Part shown: positions 57,201 through 64,000 of the stretch, in pieces
Numbering within the stretch: the stretch's first letter is position 1
Layout: every line of letters starts with the position of its first letter
NCBI GenBank assembly: GCA_001179505.1
Contig: CDMY01001028.1
Span: 1 to 64,000, forward strand
From: Vitrella brassicaformis CCMP3155
Taxonomy: Eukaryota > Protista > Chromerida
Reading direction: 5' to 3'
DNA: 64,000 nucleotides
The notes under the pieces: model-generated
The model's database searches: none
Told to the model about the DNA's origin: nothing
What the model saw: the letters and a program-made list of their open reading frames with translations, nothing else
Position numbers and translations under genes: made by a program

Positions 57201-60200
57201 GCCTTACGCAGACAATACCAGTGTCGTATTTGCAGCAAAACCTTTTATTCAGACGCTCCGCTCTCTCGGCGAAGACGAGTGGACCGACAAAATGACCGTT
57301 GCGTGGTCTATTCTGTGGGAAATTGTACTGAGAACAACACACACTGAAGCCATAAAGCGAAGCGTGCATTGCCATCTTCACTTCCAGACTGGAGCTGGCC
57401 TAAATAGGTCTCTTGCTGCTGGCGAGCACCCTGTGACGCGGTAGACGGCAGGCAGCGCACGCCACACAGCAGTGCGAATCGGACTGTCGCTTGCTTGGTT
57501 CTGGCGCCAGGGCGCTGATCTGCGGCGGTGTGGATGACATCAAAGTGAGGGACGGAAATGCAGGGAAGAAAAGGGCGAATCATACATACGTGTCTCGTGT
57601 GTGCCCTTTTCTATGCTTACAGACTGCTCTCGGCGACGCCCCTCGGAGGTAAGCACGTGAGACTTATCTCAATCGAAGTGCACACACACGGGCAGGAAGG
57701 CAAGCCTGTGTATACTGGCTCTAGTCTTGGAGACATGGAGGAGACATCTGATCTTACCTTTTCAGTCTACGTGCTCTGTGGGAGTGCAAGGCGGAGGTAC
57801 ACGGACAACACGTGTCTCCCTTATATTGGTAAGTTAATGCCCGAGCGGTTGTCCCCATCCGCTCATGCACGCCTTTTGTGTTTATACTTAGGGCCATCAG
57901 AGAGGGCAAGATGAGTGTCGCCCGCACCTTGCTACAGGACGTGCTGGCCATTCGGGCAGACATGAACGGCTACTACTATGGTAAGCACACACATGCGTAT
58001 CTACCACAATCGCCGTGATTGATCGATCTACGTGTAGGCAGAGACGAGCTGTGGCAGTGCCACCCGGACCTGGTCAAGGCGCTGTGCGACGAGGCGCCCT
58101 CACTCCTGCCGGACTTCCTAGATGGACACGTATGGCGGTCCGATCAGGTGTTTAAGGGACTCCGCAAGGTGAACCAACCGCGAGAGCATCAAGTCGTACA
58201 AATGCACATACGACGTGTTGTGGCACTGCCAGGTCAATTATTATGTCCGTGAGCTGTGGGGCGACCCTTGTGAGTCCAGTAGCGCTTGGGACCAGCCGTT
58301 GGGTCGTTTGGTGAGGCTGGGACACGCAGAGCTCTTCCTGCATCCGGTTGTGCCCTATATCGTCAACAAAAAGTGGCGGCGGCTCGCCAGCTTCACATTT
58401 TTCAGAGACCAAGCGGTTTACTTATTGCAGGTAAGAGCGAGAGCGAGAGCGCGCGAGAGACACAAGGGTGCATGTGGCATGTCGATAATGACGGGTTGTC
58501 TGTCTCAGATCGTGTTCTTTGTATTGGGCTACAATTTTCTGATCTCCCAGCCATTTCCGTCTTTCTGCTGTCGTGCTGCTTCATGGGCGGTGTCGTGTCA
58601 GTACACCATCAAGCACGTCGGCATTGCATATCGTAGGCCCGTCTCCCTGCTGCCTTTCGCACCTTTCTTCCCTGACGCATACGTACGTGTGTGTTTTCAG
58701 GTCAGGCGTGTCGTGGCGAGTCACAGGTGGTTTCGTTTGGCGGCCTGCGCCTCGCTGTGCCCTATCACTTCAAAAATTCATGGAACGGCTTTAGAGTACT
58801 CCTCAGGTCGAGGAGGAACACTAGACGAGATGCGCGTGTAAAACGCGGCTCTTATCCTGTTTTCATTTCAGCCTTCTGCTGTTCTGTGCGGCTTCGGTGG
58901 ATCCGTGGGTGGTCCAGCAGGCGTCACCGCTTTCGTGTACGCACCATCTATTCTATAAGTGGAAGGCGCTGTCGTCGGTGAGTGGGGTCATGATGTGGCT
59001 GCTGTCCATCCAAGTGCTGGCTGCGCTGCCCTCACTGGGCGCATTCCTCTTCGCCCTGTCAATCATACTCAAGGACGTCATCAAATTCGTCCTCTGCCTC
59101 GTAAGCAGGATCATCAGAAATGCACCACCCATCCCATGTGCCTCCCTGCCGGTGTGTGCCTGATGTGTGTCAGTTTGTCCTGTTGCTGTCCTTTGGCACA
59201 ATGCTGACGGTCTTTGGCCAGTCGCGGGGTCTCGACGAGTTCAGAGACCTTTCGACGAGTCTCGTTACACTGTACTCGTTCATGCTAAAGGTGTGGCAGC
59301 CGGACTTTGCGGGGAGACACGATGACCCATTCCTAGTAGGAAACAAGTCGGGCAGGCGCATGCGCTCACTCATTGACGGACGTCTGGTTGTTTGTGTTGT
59401 GTTGCTTTCAGGTGACGTCCTTTCTGCTGTTCGTGACTGTCGCTATAGTGGTGCTGCTGACGCTGCTGGTGGCACAGATGCGGACCTCGCTACACCTTCT
59501 GACGCAAGACATGACGGCCATTGCTTGAATGAGCAGAGCATACCAGGTCGTCCCACGCACACATGGGATGAAGAGATGGTCGCACACGCCCTCATCCATC
59601 CGTCCTTCAGGTGGTTGAGACGGAGGCCATTCTGCCAACCCGCCAAAAGGTGTCTCTCTACGATGCCATGCATTTCGACGAGCCACTGGTAGGCACACTG
59701 AGGGACTCACGAGACCGTGACTCTGTGTGTATGTGTCAATCGCTGCGTGTGTGCGTAGGAGTTCCACGGAGAGGGCGACCTCGGCCCAGGAGGCGGGAGG
59801 CAGGAGCTGGAGAGGGTGGACGACACCAATATAAGAGACAGGATCATCCGGTGTCTCGACAAGGGTGGTCCCGACGACCCATGGCCCACCGACAGACACG
59901 GATCAGCCGACACTTCACACGAGTTCGAGACGGCCACACAGAAGGCTCTCAAAGAGTGCAAACACTCCGTCGACAGGGTCATGAGGATGGTAAGATGCGG
60001 GTCACAAATGGAGGCTCGCGGCGAGCCATGCCACGAAGTGTGTCCTTGCATGTTGGCAGGCCGTCAAGAAGGATCACGTCTCCGGGTTGTCGCGCAAACT
60101 CAAGGGAAAAGGAGGGGGCAGCATCAGTGGAGGCGGCACCGAATGTAAACCCCTCACACACTCTCACATACGACATGCCGTGGTCTCTGTCTGACTGTCC

Positions 60201-60573
60201 CTCCCCGTCGACTCCTTCATCAGCGCATCTCGGGAGCGTGTTCACGGGTCTATCGGGGAATCCGACGAATAAGAGCACCGGCATCAGTGCGTCTCTCCAG
60301 AAGGCCGCCGCCGCCAACCAGCTGCAGGCCGTCTCCCGCATCATGACGCGGCACAAGACTGGCAATAGTGTCGCGGGATCTGAACCAGACACGGCCGGAC
60401 CCGAGCACAACCATTCTCAGCCAAAGCTGCGGCGAGGCAAGTCGAATGCGGCGCTGAAGCGTTCTCTGGGTGGTGAGAAAGACTCGAGGACGTTGAGAGA
60501 GAGGTTGGGTTCCCTCGAGCAAGCGGAGCAGAGCGGCAGCATGACGGGACGACAGAGGTGGACGGGTGAATGA
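54202..60573 (+). pseudogene. Triple-globin plus TRP-like cation channel fusion, copy B (probable pseudogene or disrupted allele)
   Basis: Collinear with copy A: [13 protein letters not shown]|..[17 protein letters not shown]3 SLDDPEKLWQQQKDL|SLRHIQFGVRAAHVPMF|AKPFIQTLRSLGEDEWTDKMTVAWSILW, ELFLHPVVPYIVNKKW, LGAFLFALSIILKDVIKF, FVTVAIVVLLTLLVAQM. Lesions: 1-nt deletion at ~55199, in-frame TGA at 56989-56991, in-frame TGA at 59526-59528. 5' start may lie upstream (53600-54130). Confidence 0.8.
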
Positions 60574-61092
60574 TAATCCTCAATCGAGGGATGGAATACG
60601 TCCGTGTCTCTTGGTTACGCACATCTTGCGTGCCTGTCTGCGTGTTTTCGCTGCTGTTGGGGGGTGAGTAGACAGACAGTCCAGGAATGATCATTGTACC
60701 GTAGCATACGTCACCCGGTAGCCTCGCTCGCAGTCGCCGTTGTGTGTGTGTGGAGTCGGACTGACTTGTGTGCATTGACCTCTGTTGGCTATTTTTCGGC
60801 TGTATATTTGTACGCGCGTCGTACATGGGTGTGGTGGGTGTTATGCCGCACGCTGCAGGGGAAGGAGAAGAAGGGACACATATCAGCAAAAGAAGCGTGC
60901 TTATATGGATCGACTGCGTGTAGCCAAGCCGACCGACATGGGTCAGCGATCGACTGCAGTGAGTGAATGAATGGATGAATGCGCGTGTACGAGATCCTTT
61001 TACTACTTGGTGGCAGCGCGGATTTATTTATGCTCGCTGCGCTGACTCGATCGATATCTACGAATGCACTTAATTACTTTGATCAATCGGTG

Positions 61093-62847
61093 TCAAAGCT
61101 CATCTCTACTCCTCATGTCCTTCTTCCTGAACCCACTGTCACCCTGACCGTCATATCGTAGCACAAACAGCAAACCCTTGACTGGCTCCCCGTACTCAAA
61201 CCTAGGATAGATCCGCTCCCCGTACATGGCCGAAAATCCCCACCTGCCACCCTCACGCACCACATACTCTCGCGTGTGTGCAAAACGACCCGTTGTCTGC
61301 ACTTGGTAGCCCTTGTCCTCTTCGTCACTCGTCAGCTCACTCGTCAGCTCCTCCACAGAGAATGCCAAGAAGCCCCTCCCATCCTTCCGAATAACCTCGC
61401 TTGACCGCTGAAAAAACTCTCTTAAGTCACCAACGTACACGAGCACATCAGCAGCAGTAATCAGGTCCACCTTCCCGTGCAGCCCATGGCCAGCGAGTGC
61501 CCCGAATCCACTCTGCAGATCACCGACATGAGTGGCATTGTACACACCTTTCTCCTCAGCGAGCCTGATCATTTCTGGCGACAGGTCGAAGCCATAAAGA
61601 AAGGTCGTCACGTTGCGAAACACTTGGCCCGAGAGTCCCGTGCCACAGCCCACGTCTAGGACGTTTCTCAGGGGGTAGGCTACAAGCAAGCTCTCCTGGA
61701 GCCGATCGACGGCCATTCGGATCATCAGGGGCGCCTGATAGTGGAGCTTTTGCAACGACTTGTCGAACGTGTCGGCATAGTGGTCGAATAGCGACTTGAC
61801 GTAGTCGGGTGATGCTTCGGTGAGTGTGGAGTCCTTCTGCATCGACCGCAGGGAGTAGTCGGCAATGCTGTTGCTCTTGTCGAACCTAAGGGCACGGCGG
61901 AAGTGCTCGGCGGCGAGCTCGACACAGCTCCCTGGCGAACACTCATACTTGTACTTGCGTGTGCCCTCCTTGCCAGCTTCCTCCCAGTAGGTGTAAGTCC
62001 CGGCTTGGATCCGCAGCAGCCCCTCCGCCAGCCGCGTGTGCATTTGGCTGATCTCCTCGTTCGTCAGGAAAGCCGCGCCGTCCCCTCTACGGGCACTTCG
62101 AGCGTCGATCTCTGTCTGGTCAGTAAGGTCACCCATCAGGCCATCCAGGATCTCCATCGCTATCTGATAGGTCTCAACTGCTTCAGGAAGGCTCTCTAGC
62201 GTCTCATAAGCAGAGCCCATGTTGGCCGCCGAGGCCACAGATGTCCAGCTGAGCGAAGGCATCTCACTCATGGCCGCCTCAGCGGCGATTGCCTGCTCAT
62301 AACGATCGATGGCTTCCCAGTAGTGATGTGTGTCGTGAAGCACCGTACCCAAGTTGAAGAGAGCGTCCGCGTGGTCAGGCTGAAACGCTACAGCAGCCTC
62401 GAAGAGCCTCCTGGCCTCGTCAAGATCCCCCTTGTCGACCATAAGAGAGCCCATGTTGCAGAGAACAGACACGCGAAGCTCCGCCAAGGCGGAAGCGTCC
62501 TTTATCTCCCCGTTAGACTCATCCACACCTTCCAGTAGAGAAACGATACTTCGGTATGCCTTTTCTGCTTCATCCTTCCTGTTGCTGCGGTAGAGTGCGT
62601 TGGCCTCGTCGAGATGCTTTTGCAGCAGAACAGCGGGGGGGGACAGATCTGCTGCTCGGCTACCATCTCCGTCATTGAGTGCATGAGTCGAAAGGGAAAG
62701 AATGGCCATGCAGACCACAGCCGAAATAAGAGGCATCGAACCGATGAGCACTAGCACCGAGAAAGAGAAGAGCGCAACCGCCTCACAACTTTGAGCTTGC
62801 AGCAGATCTCTCACGTGAGAAAAGGGCTTCGTCAACGTTTCGCTCAT
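61093..62847 (-). CDS. Intronless TPR-repeat SAM-dependent methyltransferase (COG4976-like) with signal sequence and C-terminal RDEL
   Basis: Single 584-aa ORF. The likely start is Met38 at 62736 (MPLISAVVCMAILSLSTHA). TPRs such as VLCNMGSLMVDKGDLDEARRLFEAAVAFQPDHADALFNLG. YVKSLFDHYADTFDKSLQKLHYQAP, SAM motif I VLDVGCGTGLSG, GFDLSPEMI, LITAADVLVYVGDL. Ends RDEL*. Confidence 0.87.
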   Translation of the reverse strand: MSETLTKPFSHVRDLLQAQSCEAVALFSFSVLVLIGSMPLISAVVCMAILSLSTHALNDGDGSRAADLSPPAVLLQKHLDEANALYRSNRKDEAEKAYRSIVSLLEGVDESNGEIKDASALAELRVSVLCNMGSLMVDKGDLDEARRLFEAAVAFQPDHADALFNLGTVLHDTHHYWEAIDRYEQAIAAEAAMSEMPSLSWTSVASAANMGSAYETLESLPEAVETYQIAMEILDGLMGDLTDQTEIDARSARRGDGAAFLTNEEISQMHTRLAEGLLRIQAGTYTYWEEAGKEGTRKYKYECSPGSCVELAAEHFRRALRFDKSNSIADYSLRSMQKDSTLTEASPDYVKSLFDHYADTFDKSLQKLHYQAPLMIRMAVDRLQESLLVAYPLRNVLDVGCGTGLSGQVFRNVTTFLYGFDLSPEMIRLAEEKGVYNATHVGDLQSGFGALAGHGLHGKVDLITAADVLVYVGDLREFFQRSSEVIRKDGRGFLAFSVEELTSELTSDEEDKGYQVQTTGRFAHTREYVVREGGRWGFSAMYGERIYPRFEYGEPVKGLLFVLRYDGQGDSGFRKKDMRSRDEL

Positions 62848-62855
62848 CCATTGCC

Positions 62856-64000
62856 ATGAAGATGCTGAGACTGTCGACGCTCTCAGTGCTTCTTCTTTCC
62901 GCTTTGGCTGCTGTCCGGTATCATCAAGTCGGGTGCCGCGCGAGCGACAGTGTCGCTTTCCTGAGGACTCCGCTGCTCAGAGATCAACGTCCCAGCTCGT
63001 CTGCTCTTCATCGACTCATTGCTAGTGAGCCTTTTGCGCCCCTCGGGTCATCCATCTTGGCTGCCGAGCCCACTCGTGATAGAGATGGTGACCGTACTAT
63101 GATGGGGCAGAGCTCGCCATCGTGGCTGCAGCTATCGCTGCCGCCCCTGCTGTCCTTCTCCGTGACGGCCCTCATTGCCCTGAGCACTCTGCATGGCGGC
63201 AGTGCGTCGGTTGTGCCCCAGCCGCCCGCAGCGGAAGCTAAGGCGGTTGCGCCTGGAGGCTACAAACTGCCGCCTATTGATAGGTAGGTAGGGAGGCAAC
63301 ATGAAGGGGCATGCAGTGCAGTGCAGTGCAGTGCAGTGCATCGTGTGGACCGTGTGCGTGCACTGCAGGGCAGATCCCAACCGATGTCGCTTTCAGTCGT
63401 CGGCTGTGGGCCAGGCCAATGCCCAGCGCGACAAACTCTACGACCTGCGAGAGTGCAAGATGGAAGGCAAAAACGCCGCGGGGTATGACATCAGCGGCGT
63501 GCTAGGGTCCGAGGCGGGTAGGTGGGCAGCCAGGGCAGACACTCGAGAATCATGCAGCGAGAAAGACGGCGCCGAGGTATATATGTCTGTTTCAGATTTC
63601 TCTTACGTCAACTTCGAGGGCGCCCAGCTCAGCAAGGTGAGCCGAAAAGCGACCGGGCGCGCCGCACACACCATGGATTTGTCTGTGTATTCTCTTTTCT
63701 GCCCTTGCATGTCTTCATTACCCCGCCTGCAGGCATTCATGGAGGTACGCACGTGTACACACACGAGTGGCTACTGCTCGGCCCTGTGGCACCCATCCAT
63801 CCCTCCCTCATGTGTGCGTGGGGTGTGTGTGGGTGTGTGTGTGTGTGTGGCAGGACTCTCGATTCGACGGCGCCAACTTCAAGGCAGCTGTGGTCGACCG
63901 CGTCACCTTCAAGCGCTCCGACCTTCGCAATGTCAACTTTGCAGCCGCAGTTCTCTCGGGCAGCACTTTCGAGGACGTACGACGCACTGCACTCACACGC
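62856..64000 (+). CDS. Thylakoid-lumen pentapeptide-repeat protein, TL17-like (partial, runs off the right edge)
   Basis: Signal peptide, then transit-like region (ASDSVAFL), then hydrophobic lumen signal ending AEA-KA. Mature part LPPID|RADPNRC..VGQANA..DKLYDLREC, ..SK|AF.., ANFKAAVVDRVTFKRSDLRNVNFAAAVLSGSTFED matches the plant 17.4-kDa thylakoid lumenal protein family. Confidence 0.8.

Noticed and set aside
56989-59528. TGA reassignment or selenocysteine to explain the in-frame stops in copy B
   Set aside because: The aligned residues are Lys and Arg rather than Cys or Trp, TGA terminates other genes here (e.g. RDEL-TGA at 61093), and the same gene also has a frameshift.
1-64000. Abundant (CA)n, (GTCT)n, (GGAT)n and (GCAG)n tracts as special elements
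   Set aside because: They are ordinary intronic and UTR microsatellites found throughout the window.

Overview
This is an intron-rich, GC-rich eukaryotic genomic window. Microsatellite-laden introns, a thylakoid-lumen protein with a signal plus transit leader, PAN/Apple domains and AP2 domains point to a photosynthetic alveolate, most likely a Vitrella-type chromerid (inference). Genes reconstructed by hand-splicing: a small secreted Cys-rich protein, a SET-PHD chromatin protein, an RRM protein, a multipass membrane protein, a large secreted CSLREA/beta-helix plus 3x PAN/Apple protein, a hybrid sensor histidine kinase, HIRA, a TPR-SAM methyltransferase ending in RDEL, and a TL17-like pentapeptide protein. 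There is also a 1,034-bp Tc1/mariner-type MITE. The standout is a divergently oriented pair of paralogues (about 44.2-50.9 kb minus and 54.2-60.6 kb plus), each encoding three globin domains fused to a TRP-like 6-TM cation channel. Globins 1 and 3 keep the proximal His and globin 2 lacks it in both copies, so this is a candidate heme-gas-gated ion channel. One copy has a single frameshift and the other has three lesions. Between them is a 2.5-kb cassette with a double-AP2 gene, a divergent USP protease gene, templated micro-duplications and GAA-triloop hairpins. All gene models were spliced by eye, so outer boundaries are approximate.
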